NCBI GenBank assembly: GCA_002794035.1
Contig: PCXQ01000007.1
Span: 1,785 to 65,784, forward strand
Reading direction: 5' to 3'
From: Candidatus Yanofskybacteria bacterium CG10_big_fil_rev_8_21_14_0_10_36_16
GTDB taxonomy: Bacteria > Patescibacteriota > Minisyncoccia > 2-02-FULL-40-12 > IGHO2-01-FULL-4-A
Length of the DNA: 64,000 bases
The notes under the pieces are model-generated. The model did not search any database, had not been told where the DNA came from, and saw nothing but the letters and a program-made list of their open reading frames with translations. Positions within the stretch are counted from its first letter, which is position 1, and every line of letters starts with the position of its first letter. Shown here one piece after another: positions 28,436 through 37,510 of this stretch. A program made the position numbers and the translations under genes.

Positions 28436-29161
28436 ATGGACATACAAACAATTTATGAGGATAAGGATCTGCTGATCATAGATAAACCATCAGGTCTTAT
28501 CACTCACAAAAAAAATATTGAAGACGACCAGCCGAGTGTAGTTGATTGGGTTGTTAAAAATTATCCCGAATTAAAAGATGTCGGGGATTTTTTCATGGCT
28601 TCAGGCCATGAAGTCCAAAGAGCAGGCATTGTTCACCGACTTGATAAAGAAACTTCGGGTCTTATGGTTATAGCCAAAAATAATCCGGCATTTGAATACA
28701 TGCAAAAACAATTTCATGACCGAAAAGTTGAAAAACAATATGTTGCTTTGGCAAACGGTGTCCCCCCAAAAAAATCAGGCGTCATTTCCCTGCCCCTTGG
28801 ACGATTGGGCACAATACGAACTACAAGAACTGATGGCGATAAAAAATTGGTAGATAAAAAAGAAGCTGAGACACATTACAAAATTATTAAAACTTATAGC
28901 GAAAATAAATATTCTCTACTTGAACTTACGCCAAAAACAGGCAGAACACACCAACTTCGCGTCCATCTTAAATCAATTGGCGTGCCGATAGTCTGCGATT
29001 GGCTTTATGGAGAAAAAAGGTTTACATGCCCTTCGGAACTAAGACGTCTTTTCCTTCACGCTAAAAAATTATCGTTCACCTCGCCATCTGGCCATGCAAT
29101 ATCTGCCGAAACAGATTTACCGAAAGAATTAGATGACTTCTTAAAAACACTTGTACAATAA
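28436..29161 (+). CDS. RluA-family pseudouridine synthase (no S4 domain)
   Basis: Catalytic HRLDKETSGLMVIAK motif (HRLDxxTSG). Confidence 0.85.
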   Translation: MDIQTIYEDKDLLIIDKPSGLITHKKNIEDDQPSVVDWVVKNYPELKDVGDFFMASGHEVQRAGIVHRLDKETSGLMVIAKNNPAFEYMQKQFHDRKVEKQYVALANGVPPKKSGVISLPLGRLGTIRTTRTDGDKKLVDKKEAETHYKIIKTYSENKYSLLELTPKTGRTHQLRVHLKSIGVPIVCDWLYGEKRFTCPSELRRLFLHAKKLSFTSPSGHAISAETDLPKELDDFLKTLVQ

Positions 29162-29242
29162 TTTTACTTGTGATAGCATAACAAAGCCGATGGTATTTCG
29201 GCCTTTACTGCCGAACGAGGCAAACTACCGAACCCCTCGACA

Positions 29243-29285
29243 GCCCCCGCCCAGGCGAATTGCTGGGCGGGGCATTTATTTTATC
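29243..29285 (+). terminator. rho-independent terminator
   Basis: CCCCGCCCAGgcgaattgCTGGGCGGGG followed by a T-rich tract. Confidence 0.6.
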
Positions 29286-29365
29286 AATTTTAGCCAAAAA
29301 AATTTGCAAAAAATAAAGTTTTGTATTATTATTCCCAAATAAGATACTAGGGAAAATATTCAATT

Positions 29366-29926
29366 ATGGATGCTGTTCAAATATACAATTTAACTCAAAA
29401 ATTAAAAGAATTGCCTGAAATCAGGCCCGGTTTTACTGTTCGAGTACATCAAAGAATAAAAGAAGGAGAGAAATCAAGAATACAGGTTTTTGAAGGATTG
29501 GTTATCGCCAGAAAACACGGCAAGGGTGTAAATAGCACCATAACAGTAAGAAAAACAGCAAGTGGCGTAGGGGTTGAAAGAATATTTCCTCTCCACTCTC
29601 CAGTTATTGAAAAATTTGAAGTTATTAAAATTGCAAAAACTCGCAGAGCAAAACTTTATTATATCCGTGAAAAAGCAGCAAAAGAAATACGAAAGAAAAT
29701 GAAAACATCTCAATTTCAAGACAAACTAAAAGAAATACAAGAACAACAAAATGAGACTGAAAATACCAACTTATCCGCAGAGCAAAATCCTGAAACCGAA
29801 GAAAAAGAAACCATAAAAACAGAAGAGGTTCAACAAGAACCAGAAACAAAAGAAACACCTTCTCAAAAATCGGAAGAAGATAAATCCGACACGTCTTCAA
29901 AGGAGCAGCCACAAGAAAAAAAGTAA
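29366..29926 (+). CDS. rplS: 50S ribosomal protein L19 with KE-rich C-terminal extension
   Basis: [60 protein letters not shown] is the L19 core. It is followed by a low-complexity E/K-rich tail of about 70 aa. Confidence 0.9.
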   Translation: MDAVQIYNLTQKLKELPEIRPGFTVRVHQRIKEGEKSRIQVFEGLVIARKHGKGVNSTITVRKTASGVGVERIFPLHSPVIEKFEVIKIAKTRRAKLYYIREKAAKEIRKKMKTSQFQDKLKEIQEQQNETENTNLSAEQNPETEEKETIKTEEVQQEPETKETPSQKSEEDKSDTSSKEQPQEKK

Positions 29927-29995
29927 TGCGGACGTGGCGGAACCGGTATACGCGCTACCTTGAGGTGGTAGTGGGAGCAATCCCGTGGAGGTTCA

Positions 29996-30126
29996 CCCCG
30001 CACTTGAAAAGTTGTATATCCTAGGGCACGTGGCGGAACCGGTATACGCGCTACCTTGAGGTGGTAGTGGGAGCAATCCCGTGGAGGTTCAAATCCTCTC
30101 GTGCCCACAACCTTTCAAGTGCGGGG
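29996..30126 (+). other. intervening sequence in the tRNA-Leu T-loop: 14-bp closing stem enclosing a complete tRNA-Leu(GAG)
   Basis: Stem arms at 29996-30009 and 30113-30126 are exact reverse complements. A TTCA direct repeat lies at both junctions. tRNA-B sits between the arms. Confidence 0.6.
30024..30107 (+). tRNA. tRNA-Leu (anticodon GAG), complete copy nested inside the interrupted tRNA-Leu
   Basis: GGGCACG/CGTGCCC acceptor stem. Its body (positions 8-60) is identical to the outer tRNA: anticodon loop UUGAGGU, long variable arm, T-arm GGAGGTTCAAATCCTCT. No encoded CCA. Confidence 0.8.
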
Positions 30127-30373
30127 TTCAAATCCTCTCGTCCGCACCAGTAAGGAAATTGCAAGTTTTGAAGATTCGCCTCGCTTCGCTCGGCGGTCAA
30201 AACGTATTGCATTTTGGGCTCAAAAAGGAATTCAAGATTTAGTTTGAGAGTAAGATTTTGACCAACAAACAGCAGAAATGCTGATTTTTAATTTACAATA
30301 TTTTTCTATTGTTTTTAAGGCGTTTAAATGCTAATATCGTTTTAAGTTCCAACATCGGACAAGGAGGTTAGAA

Positions 30374-31042
30374 ATGAAATTAACACTAGTTCTTTTATTA
30401 TTCCTTCCGCTCATAGCACAACAACAGCCAAACTTCTCCAAAGATGATAACCAACAGGCTGAAGAAGCAATTAGAGAACAGCCCTACGATGGACCTTTGG
30501 AAGTGCAGACCTGCAGGACCATCTTTAACTACGAAAAAATGGATTGGCTTGAAAATTATTCTGCAAAACACACAACCACATTGAGTAAACTTGGCATTAC
30601 CCCAACTTCGGTCAACATTTTAAAAACAACAGTTGCAAAGAGGCTAGCGCAAGACCTTGTCAGTCGTATTAAGAACAACCTACCAGTCGAAGAAATATGC
30701 ATGTATTGCATTTGCGGTGATGGTATATGCGCCACGTCCAGCGTGGAATTGCAAAAAATTTATCAAATCGGCGACTTGCTCGACTATATTGTCAAAGAAG
30801 TTCCAGCAGTCAATGAAGGCATACTCTTGGTAGACACCCTTGAACCATGGAAGAAGTCAGTGATTCAAGAGGCTAGCAGTATTAAGACTAAGTGCGAAAC
30901 GGACATGAAGGATATACCGAACCATTGGCCTAAATATAGCCGGGAATGCAAGACACTACTCAAAGCTTTATCTTACGGCATTGAACCATCAGCTCTGAAG
31001 CTAACTGCATCAATGATAGTAAAACTCCGTACTATAAACTAA
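30374..31042 (+). CDS. secreted Cys-containing hypothetical protein
   Basis: Signal peptide MKLTLVLLLFLPLIAQQ. Strong RBS AAGGAGGT sits 8 nt upstream. No recognisable domain. Confidence 0.5.
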   Translation: MKLTLVLLLFLPLIAQQQPNFSKDDNQQAEEAIREQPYDGPLEVQTCRTIFNYEKMDWLENYSAKHTTTLSKLGITPTSVNILKTTVAKRLAQDLVSRIKNNLPVEEICMYCICGDGICATSSVELQKIYQIGDLLDYIVKEVPAVNEGILLVDTLEPWKKSVIQEASSIKTKCETDMKDIPNHWPKYSRECKTLLKALSYGIEPSALKLTASMIVKLRTIN

Positions 31043-31221
31043 TAAAAAAAGTAACTACTATCGTCTCGAGTTTGATCGCTCCGCGATAATTTAAATGAGC
31101 GAACTTTAATTCCTTTTTTGAAACTCCAATTGTTGAGCTCAAATTATTTGCCACCAAATAAAAATTATAGATTGTTAATTTTTTTAGTCCAAATAAATTC
31201 AAACTAACTAAAAAATGCTAA

Positions 31222-31250
31222 ACAAAAACCCCGTTGAGGGGTTTTTAAAT
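31222..31250. terminator. bidirectional terminator
   Basis: aaaaaCCCCGttgaGGGGttttt. Confidence 0.55.
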
Positions 31251-31254
31251 TTTA

Positions 31255-31740
31255 TTAATCAGTTTTTTGATCACTTATTGTACGAACTGCTTTTTCAAAC
31301 AAATCAGCTGGTGGTCTATATTGCCTATAATCAATTTCACTAAATGGGATTTCATTACAAGCATTATATAATGACATCATTAATTCTATGCCCTGCTCTG
31401 CTATTTCTTTGGCAACATCTTCATCACCGGCAATTTTTTCCATTAAATCAACCGCGAATTCTCTGTTGATTTTTGTAAAAAAATAATCAAGGACAGCATG
31501 TTTAGCAAAACTAATTTGCATGCTAAGTTTGTTCTGATTTTCAAAATCATCATAATATTTAAATATATTTAAAATTTTCTGAGCATTATTTTTTAGCTTC
31601 TTGGCATCATACTCTTCCCCTTCAACTAAAAGAATAAGATCAGTCAGAATCGTCATAGAAGCCAACATCGTCAAATCTCCTAAAAGTAGAAATCTTTCTT
31701 GTTGTTGTCTAATTATATCACCAAAACCACATCCGCCCAT
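31255..31740 (-). CDS. hypothetical protein
   Basis: ORF only; no recognisable motif. Confidence 0.4.
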   Translation of the reverse strand: MGGCGFGDIIRQQQERFLLLGDLTMLASMTILTDLILLVEGEEYDAKKLKNNAQKILNIFKYYDDFENQNKLSMQISFAKHAVLDYFFTKINREFAVDLMEKIAGDEDVAKEIAEQGIELMMSLYNACNEIPFSEIDYRQYRPPADLFEKAVRTISDQKTD

Positions 31741-31873
31741 GATGAATCTCCTTTATTTTATTATTAAAAAACTATCCAAAAGATAGCACAATTAATTATA
31801 ATATCAAACAGTTTTTAAAATTATATGGATTTTGGATTTAAAACATGCTATCTTTCAAAAGTAAACAGAAAAT

Positions 31874-31947
31874 TAGGGCCTGTAGCTCAGCTGGTTAGAG
31901 CGCATCGTTGACATCGATGAGGTCAGCCGTTCGAGTCGGCTCAGGCC
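31874..31947 (+). tRNA. tRNA-Val (anticodon GAC)
   Basis: GGGCCTG/CAGGCCC acceptor stem, anticodon stem CATCG/CGATG with loop UUGACAU, T-loop GTTCGAGTC. Confidence 0.85.
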
Positions 31948-32075
31948 CACACTTAAATAATAAAAACAGCCCCGCCTTAGCAGGGTTTTTTAAATTCTTG
32001 TATTTTTAATTATTTCATGCTTTAATTACCACGAATTTTGTTATTTATCAAGTTCTTTAACAAGGAGATAGCCCA

Positions 32076-33371
32076 ATGAAACAACCCGCAGGTTACTACT
32101 TTATAATTTTATCTTTGGTTTTTTGTTTTTGTGGTTCAGCTTCAGCTAAAACTCACGACTGTGGCACAGCAACTTATAAAAAAGATTTTCTTTATTCTAT
32201 TGATTACAAAATGTGCCTTAATGGAAAAGAATACAAACAAATCGGACTTAATAAATTTGATCTGTTTTTCCAGTACCTTGAGTGCAATCCGAGCGAAAAT
32301 TGTCCTCAAAAATCTAAAGCCAAAAAAGCCCTTAAAGAAATGGGTGACCATGGTTTTAAAATTATAAGACTAATAGGGTCTGATTTTTATACAAAACAAT
32401 TCTACGAAAGATTCTTTGATAAAGATCCCGAGATTCAAAAGCAAAAAAGAGCAAAGCATAAAGCAACCGTTGATGAACTTTTGAATGACTGCGAAAAAAG
32501 CGGTATAGACAAAGTTATTTGGGTGAATGTTTGGAACATTGAGTTGTTGGCTGATCTTGGCGGACACTCTTTGCGTGGAGGCCTAACCGACCCTAATTCC
32601 ATTGGATTCAGACGAGCTATGGAATATGTTAGATTTATGGTTGAAAACTTTAAGGACGATCCCAGGATTGCAGGCTGGGAAGTTCCCGGAAATGAATATG
32701 ATCTTTCTGCTAATCACGATAATAAATATGGAATTCTTCAGTCCAGAAATGAAAAAGAATGCAAAATATTACACGAAGGTCCTGATAAACCCTTGCGTCT
32801 GTGTTTTGATGATCCTTTAAGCATAATGCCTGTGGTTAGAGATCGGAGTAATAATTTCACCTATGATGATTTAGCAAAATACAATCATTTAATGTCTGCA
32901 GTCGTAAGAGAAATTGATAAAAATCACTTAATTATAAGCGGTCACTCAAGTGTAAGAGGCGTAGGAGTTACCGACCAACAACGGGCTGATGATTTTAAAA
33001 AAATACACAGCGGTTTGGAAGTAACAAGTTTCCATTCCTATGAACATTTGTATTTGTTTGATGTTTTTGAAAAATCTACAAAGGAAATGAGTAAACCGGG
33101 AATTGTGGGGGAAATTGGACCCGATGCTTCCGTAAAACCAAGAGATTTAAGCTGGACATCAAAAAGAAACATTGAATATACAAAAAAAATTATAAGAAAA
33201 TTCCTAAAATCAGATTTTTCGATAATGCTTCCTTGGGCTTATGCTGATGACAGAGGAATCGAAGATGAAAGCAACCGAATTTTTTATCTTCGCTATGGTG
33301 ATACAGATACACCACTTAGATTGTTTGAAAAAGCAAATAAACAAATTAGGGCAAGATTAAACAATAATTAA
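32076..33371 (+). CDS. secreted glycoside hydrolase, GH5-like (TIM-barrel)
   Basis: Signal peptide. GWEVPGNEYD is a candidate acid/base (NEP-like) motif and IVGEIGPD a candidate nucleophile (GEIG). Family assignment is inferential. Confidence 0.5.
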   Translation: MKQPAGYYFIILSLVFCFCGSASAKTHDCGTATYKKDFLYSIDYKMCLNGKEYKQIGLNKFDLFFQYLECNPSENCPQKSKAKKALKEMGDHGFKIIRLIGSDFYTKQFYERFFDKDPEIQKQKRAKHKATVDELLNDCEKSGIDKVIWVNVWNIELLADLGGHSLRGGLTDPNSIGFRRAMEYVRFMVENFKDDPRIAGWEVPGNEYDLSANHDNKYGILQSRNEKECKILHEGPDKPLRLCFDDPLSIMPVVRDRSNNFTYDDLAKYNHLMSAVVREIDKNHLIISGHSSVRGVGVTDQQRADDFKKIHSGLEVTSFHSYEHLYLFDVFEKSTKEMSKPGIVGEIGPDASVKPRDLSWTSKRNIEYTKKIIRKFLKSDFSIMLPWAYADDRGIEDESNRIFYLRYGDTDTPLRLFEKANKQIRARLNNN

Positions 33372-33399
33372 TTTAAGCCAATATTATAATTCAAAGCGC

Positions 33400-33428
33400 C
33401 ATTTCTGGCGCTTTTTTTATCCCTATAT
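33400..33428 (+). terminator. rho-independent terminator
   Basis: AGCGCCAtttcTGGCGCT followed by T7. Confidence 0.6.
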
Positions 33429-33578
33429 CCATCCCGCCAAAGTAGAGTTAGTATGAGGATTTATTATTTTTTATATTACGATTAGACAAAATTATATAAA
33501 TATAGTCAATATTTTTTGATATCGAAATTATGGTTAGGCTGTTCCCAGACATTTAACAATAGAAAAACGAGGTGAAAA

Positions 33579-35222
33579 ATGTTGAAATCAAAGAATCTCT
33601 ACTTGGTTTCGTGTTTTTTATTTATTTGGGTTTCAAGTGTGCTTGGTCAAAATGGCACCTGTTCTCTACCTGAAATTAAAGACAGTAATAGCCTGAGAAT
33701 TCTTTTACCAAGAGATTGGAAAGGAATCAATTATTATCCAGAGAATCACCATTTTTATCACATGCTAAATGATTGGTGGACCGTTGATGAAAAGACTAAC
33801 TTGCCTGTTCATCAAGTAGTAGATAATGACATGGCACTAATGAGAAAAAATGGATTTAATTTTTTGCATCTGTATATTTGGGATAATGTTTGGTTCAGAG
33901 AGCTCAATGATTGGCCCGGCATTGGGTTTAATCCTATTGGCCAAAATCCCTGCCTTTCTAACAATGATCAGTTTCTAGCGCTTGATGATTTTATAACCAA
34001 AGCCAGAAGACACAATTTGTATGTCGGGATAAGTTTCGTAACCAAACCTGTAATAGATAAGTTAAATTCAGGAATCACAGCAGAAGAGGCGGCCAAGCTT
34101 GGCAAAAATTACTATGATTGGACTTCCGTCTTTATTAACAGTCTTGCGCCCAGGCACAGAAACATTTTGCTTTGGGGGTTTATTTATGGATTTGGGCCTT
34201 CGCCTGATGCTGGAGTTGAAAATCCATGGAATGTCTTTTATAAAAACGCCTATGAGCCTTTTTATCAATTAGCCAAAGACACAGCGTTATATCCCGGGTT
34301 AGGACTAGTTGGTGTTAACCTAACAATGCCAAGCAGACAAACAGAAGATGGATCGTTTGTTTGGGATACTAAGCATGCGCAAAAACAGGCTGGAATAATA
34401 ACAGAGATGAATTTGCCTGATCCTGATATATACATGTTACAACTCTACAATGCAAATTCTTTGGATTTAACTAAAGCACTTAAAGAGCTGTCTGAATCTA
34501 AATTAGATGAAAAATCTAAAACTATCCCGTATGAAAAAATATTTGCTATTGAATTTGGGAGTTCCTCTTCATTCGCAGACCCGCCTTATGGAAATAACAT
34601 GGAGGGATTCGGCGATGCCCTGTCGCCGTCATTTGATGCTGAGGGTCACGCACAAAGCATCAGCAATACTCTTTGTGCCTTAGAATCCGTCGGTATTAAT
34701 AAATTGGGATACTGGACACTATATGATGCTTGGAATTTCTGGCAAAAACCCCCTTTTAACTTTGATATAAACACATTCAATTTGGCATGGAATGGCTATT
34801 GGGGTTTATTGCCTCATACACCCAGTACTCAAAATCAATCACCCCCAAAGCCTGCTTTTAAAACTCTCTCTTCGTTTTATAAGACCAAAAGTTTGCATTG
34901 CGAAGTCCCTCCTGAACCTATTGTAAAACTACAGCTTCACAAACAAACAGTCTTGCTCGACGACATTCAAAAAGTGACACTTGCATGGACTGCGGCCGAA
35001 GCTAGAAATTTAGTTTTAAAAAATGGCAATAAAGAAATACCCCTCCATGGAACTGCGGGTCGTATTGAATTAGAAATCAGTTTAAAATCCGGAGAAGAAA
35101 GGATTATAACCTTAGTTGCTAATAATTTTAACAATAATGAAACTATTGTTTCTAAAACATCTGTTACGATAAAATACAAACAAACAGAAACGCCTATGAG
35201 ATCACGGTCTAACCAACGCTAA
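33579..35222 (+). CDS. secreted glycoside hydrolase-like protein (GH5-like catalytic domain plus C-terminal beta-sandwich region)
   Basis: Signal peptide and an AIEFGSS candidate nucleophile motif. Second secreted hydrolase-like gene in tandem with 32076-33371. Confidence 0.45.
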   Translation: MLKSKNLYLVSCFLFIWVSSVLGQNGTCSLPEIKDSNSLRILLPRDWKGINYYPENHHFYHMLNDWWTVDEKTNLPVHQVVDNDMALMRKNGFNFLHLYIWDNVWFRELNDWPGIGFNPIGQNPCLSNNDQFLALDDFITKARRHNLYVGISFVTKPVIDKLNSGITAEEAAKLGKNYYDWTSVFINSLAPRHRNILLWGFIYGFGPSPDAGVENPWNVFYKNAYEPFYQLAKDTALYPGLGLVGVNLTMPSRQTEDGSFVWDTKHAQKQAGIITEMNLPDPDIYMLQLYNANSLDLTKALKELSESKLDEKSKTIPYEKIFAIEFGSSSSFADPPYGNNMEGFGDALSPSFDAEGHAQSISNTLCALESVGINKLGYWTLYDAWNFWQKPPFNFDINTFNLAWNGYWGLLPHTPSTQNQSPPKPAFKTLSSFYKTKSLHCEVPPEPIVKLQLHKQTVLLDDIQKVTLAWTAAEARNLVLKNGNKEIPLHGTAGRIELEISLKSGEERIITLVANNFNNNETIVSKTSVTIKYKQTETPMRSRSNQR

Positions 35223-35242
35223 AGCTAAAAACCCCGCCTTGA

Positions 35243-35275
35243 CGAGGTTTTTGTCCCCACACTCATTGCATGAGT
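35243..35275 (+). terminator. rho-independent terminator (second of two hairpins after the GH genes)
   Basis: CCCCACACTCATtgcATGAGTGTGGGG 12-bp stem followed by ATTT ATTT. Confidence 0.55.
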
Positions 35276-35294
35276 GTGGGGATTTATTTAGCAG

Positions 35295-35368
35295 TGCCGC
35301 GGGTCAGATTCGAACTGACGACACAAGGCTCTTCAGGCCTCTGCTCTAACCAACTGAGCTACCGCGGC
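35295..35368 (-). tRNA. tRNA-Phe (anticodon GAA)
   Basis: Reverse complement folds as GCCGCGG/CCGCGGC acceptor stem, anticodon stem GAGGC/GCCTT with loop CUGAAGA, T-loop GTTCGAATC. Confidence 0.85.
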
Positions 35369-35524
35369 ATAAACACATATTAACATTTTAGGGTTAAATT
35401 TCAATACTTTTGGGCTTTTATTGTAAACCCATCAAAGTTATCAACAGAGTTATCTACAAAACCTGAACCCCTTTGTTATAATTAACATATATACTGTAAT
35501 ACCAACCAAATCACTTATCAACAA

Positions 35525-36193
35525 ATGCGAAAAGACAAAGAAATAGCCTTTCAATTAAGGCGTTCTGGTAAAAGTTACAAACAAATAAGCTTTGAACTTG
35601 GAGTACCACCAAGCACTCTTTCAAATTGGTTCAAAAATGAACCTTGGTCTACAGAAATAAGAGACAGTCTGGCATCCACTGAATCACTCGCCTACCCCGA
35701 AAAACTAAAAAGAGTAGTTTCTGCAATCAAAAACAAACATGCTAAACTTAATGAATTTTATAAAAAAGAAGCTTCTGTTGAATTTACAGAACTTAAAAAA
35801 AATCCTCTTTTTATGGCAGGCATAATGCTCTATTGGAGTGAAGGAGGTAAATCAACAAAAAACAGTGTATTGCGTTTTACCAACAGTGATCCTGACATGG
35901 TAAGATTATATTGTCTTTTTTTAAAAAAAATATTAAAGCTACCCAAACATAAAATAGCTACAAGATTGCTTTTATACCCTGACTCAACTGACGAACCACA
36001 AAAAAGATTCTGGAGTAGGATTATTGACATGCCCTTAGAAAATTTTAGAAAATCTATTTATATAAAGGGCAAACAGCCAAAAAACAGAAAATCTTATGGT
36101 GTTTGCAGTGTTGAAGTTTATAACCGAAAACTCATTGAAAAAATGCTAAAATGGATTGAGTTAAGTAGACAACACTTATTAAATAAATTATAA
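35525..36193 (+). CDS. HTH-domain protein, tRNA-adjacent paralog 2 (possible LAGLIDADG-like or homing-endonuclease-like C-terminal domain)
   Basis: Paralog of 26670-27356 (shared LYWSEGGKS, FTNSDPDM, FLKKILKLPK, KMLKWIE blocks). 157 nt from the divergent tRNA-Phe; its stop is 12 nt before tRNA-Gly. Confidence 0.5.
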   Translation: MRKDKEIAFQLRRSGKSYKQISFELGVPPSTLSNWFKNEPWSTEIRDSLASTESLAYPEKLKRVVSAIKNKHAKLNEFYKKEASVEFTELKKNPLFMAGIMLYWSEGGKSTKNSVLRFTNSDPDMVRLYCLFLKKILKLPKHKIATRLLLYPDSTDEPQKRFWSRIIDMPLENFRKSIYIKGKQPKNRKSYGVCSVEVYNRKLIEKMLKWIELSRQHLLNKL

Positions 36194-36204
36194 TCAACCT
36201 TATT

Positions 36205-36275
36205 GCGGGTATGGTATAGTGGTATTACGCGACCTTGCCAAGGTCGAGAGAGGGGTTCAATTCCCCTTACCCGCT
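36205..36275 (+). tRNA. tRNA-Gly (anticodon GCC)
   Basis: GCGGGTA/TACCCGC acceptor stem, anticodon stem CGACC/GGTCG with loop UUGCCAA, T-loop GGGGTTCAATTCCCC, discriminator U. Confidence 0.85.
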
Positions 36276-36335
36276 CATAGAAATTTAAATTTGCATTTCA
36301 TGATTTGGTGTTGAAATCATGATTTGTGTTAAAAA

Positions 36336-36689
36336 ATGTCTAAATTAAAACTCATATATCTCTACATTTTTTCATCAGTCGGATTGATTTTGATCATAAT
36401 AGGCGGAGTTAGTTTAATCAACCTAGGTCTCAAAACTTACATTTTTACAAAAGCAGATCAAGACTATTACTACAGAATTCCTGTTGCACAGAAAATCATA
36501 ATTGAAGACGGCGTAGAAAAAGCAGTAGAAAAGGAGCTCACTGAAGAGGAGATTAAAGAGCAAGAAGAGACTGCCAAAGAACAGCGTTCTGCTCAAAGAC
36601 AGCGAGATGCTGCCCAAGCAGTTGCAATGCTCATAGTAGGTATTCCTCTTTATACCTACCACTGGAGACAAGTTAGAAAAAAGGATTAA
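36336..36689 (+). CDS. small membrane protein with charged coiled segment
   Basis: N-terminal and C-terminal hydrophobic helices flank an E/K/Q-rich segment. No known family. Confidence 0.4.
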   Translation: MSKLKLIYLYIFSSVGLILIIIGGVSLINLGLKTYIFTKADQDYYYRIPVAQKIIIEDGVEKAVEKELTEEEIKEQEETAKEQRSAQRQRDAAQAVAMLIVGIPLYTYHWRQVRKKD

Positions 36690-36700
36690 TATTGATTTAA

Positions 36701-37228
36701 ATGTTTTTTACTGCACTGCTCAAAAAAATGCGCCTCAATATTAAGAGAAAATTTGACCATGGAGATTCACTCTATTTGGCTTTAGCTTTCCCAATTTTAT
36801 TTACCTTTATTGCAACTTTTGCGGTATCTCGCGTAATAAGCTACTTCTGGCCTTATATTTATCTTGAGCTTGGACCTGATTTACATGTACACCACTACAC
36901 ATATGGAATTATCATCATGGCGCTTGCAGGATACTTGGCATTAGCTATGAGAACTCCGCGAGGTAAATTTTGGGTTGCCATGTTGCACGGTATCGGTATG
37001 GGGCTAGCAATGGACGAATTTGCCATGTGGCTACACCTCAAAGAAGATGACATCGTTCGCTGGAGCTATGACGGCATCACAGTTACAATAGGCATTTTTC
37101 TGTTTGTATTCACAGTAAGACCGGGAATACTATTATTAAAAAATCTCTGGCCAAAAACATGGAACAAGAAAGCAATTACAATATTGGCAGAAAATCCAAT
37201 ACCAAAAGACCCAAAAATTTCTGAGTAA
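36701..37228 (+). CDS. hypothetical multi-pass membrane protein
   Basis: Four or five predicted TM helices. No known family. Confidence 0.4.
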   Translation: MFFTALLKKMRLNIKRKFDHGDSLYLALAFPILFTFIATFAVSRVISYFWPYIYLELGPDLHVHHYTYGIIIMALAGYLALAMRTPRGKFWVAMLHGIGMGLAMDEFAMWLHLKEDDIVRWSYDGITVTIGIFLFVFTVRPGILLLKNLWPKTWNKKAITILAENPIPKDPKISE

Positions 37229-37350
37229 ACACAACAATTTCGTGCATATATTATTTTGTACATCTATTTTTATTTAACCCCGCCCTTGAAAACCATAGTT
37301 AAAAATAAAAATACCAAAATAATACAAGAGAATATTTTTCAAGGGCGGGA

Positions 37351-37378
37351 TTGACTTTTTATGTCAGTTTGCTATAAT
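37351..37378 (+). promoter_or_regulatory. near-consensus sigma70-type promoter (TTGACT-16-TATAAT)
   Basis: TTGACT at 37351-37356, a 16-nt spacer, TATAAT at 37373-37378. Immediately downstream of a 13-bp inverted repeat (37277-37349) and upstream of the 3D-domain gene. Confidence 0.5.
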
Positions 37379-37510
37379 TAAGATACAATAAAGTAATGGC
37401 CCAACAAGGGTCATATCGAGAAATAGCTTTAAATATAGCTATTTTTTATTGGTTTTATAAGGTTTTTAAGGACTATTTAGCCCTTATATCCATAATAAAA
37501 CCACATAAAA

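Larger units (their letters stand above)
29928..30149 (+). tRNA. tRNA-Leu (anticodon GAG) gene interrupted in the T-loop by a 131-nt insertion (split or intron-containing), encoded CCA
   Basis: 5' part 29928-29995 (acceptor GCGGACG, D-arm, anticodon loop UUGAGGU, long variable arm, T-stem GGAGG, TTCA). 3' part 30127-30149 (TTCAAATCCTCTCGTCCGCACCA), whose CGTCCGC pairs perfectly with the 5' acceptor strand. The insertion is closed by the 14-bp inverted repeat CCCCGCACTTGAAA / TTTCAAGTGCGGGG. Confidence 0.6.

Noticed and set aside
29185-29205. Small hairpin GCCGAtggtatttCGGC after rluA
   Set aside because: Weak 5-bp stem. The adjacent CCCCGCCCAG/CTGGGCGGGG hairpin is the more credible terminator, so this one is not annotated separately.
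30172-30200. GC-rich patch cgcctcgcttcgctcggcggtc downstream of the nested tRNA
   Set aside because: No convincing stem-loop or repeat partner and no integrase nearby; insufficient to call an att site or element boundary.
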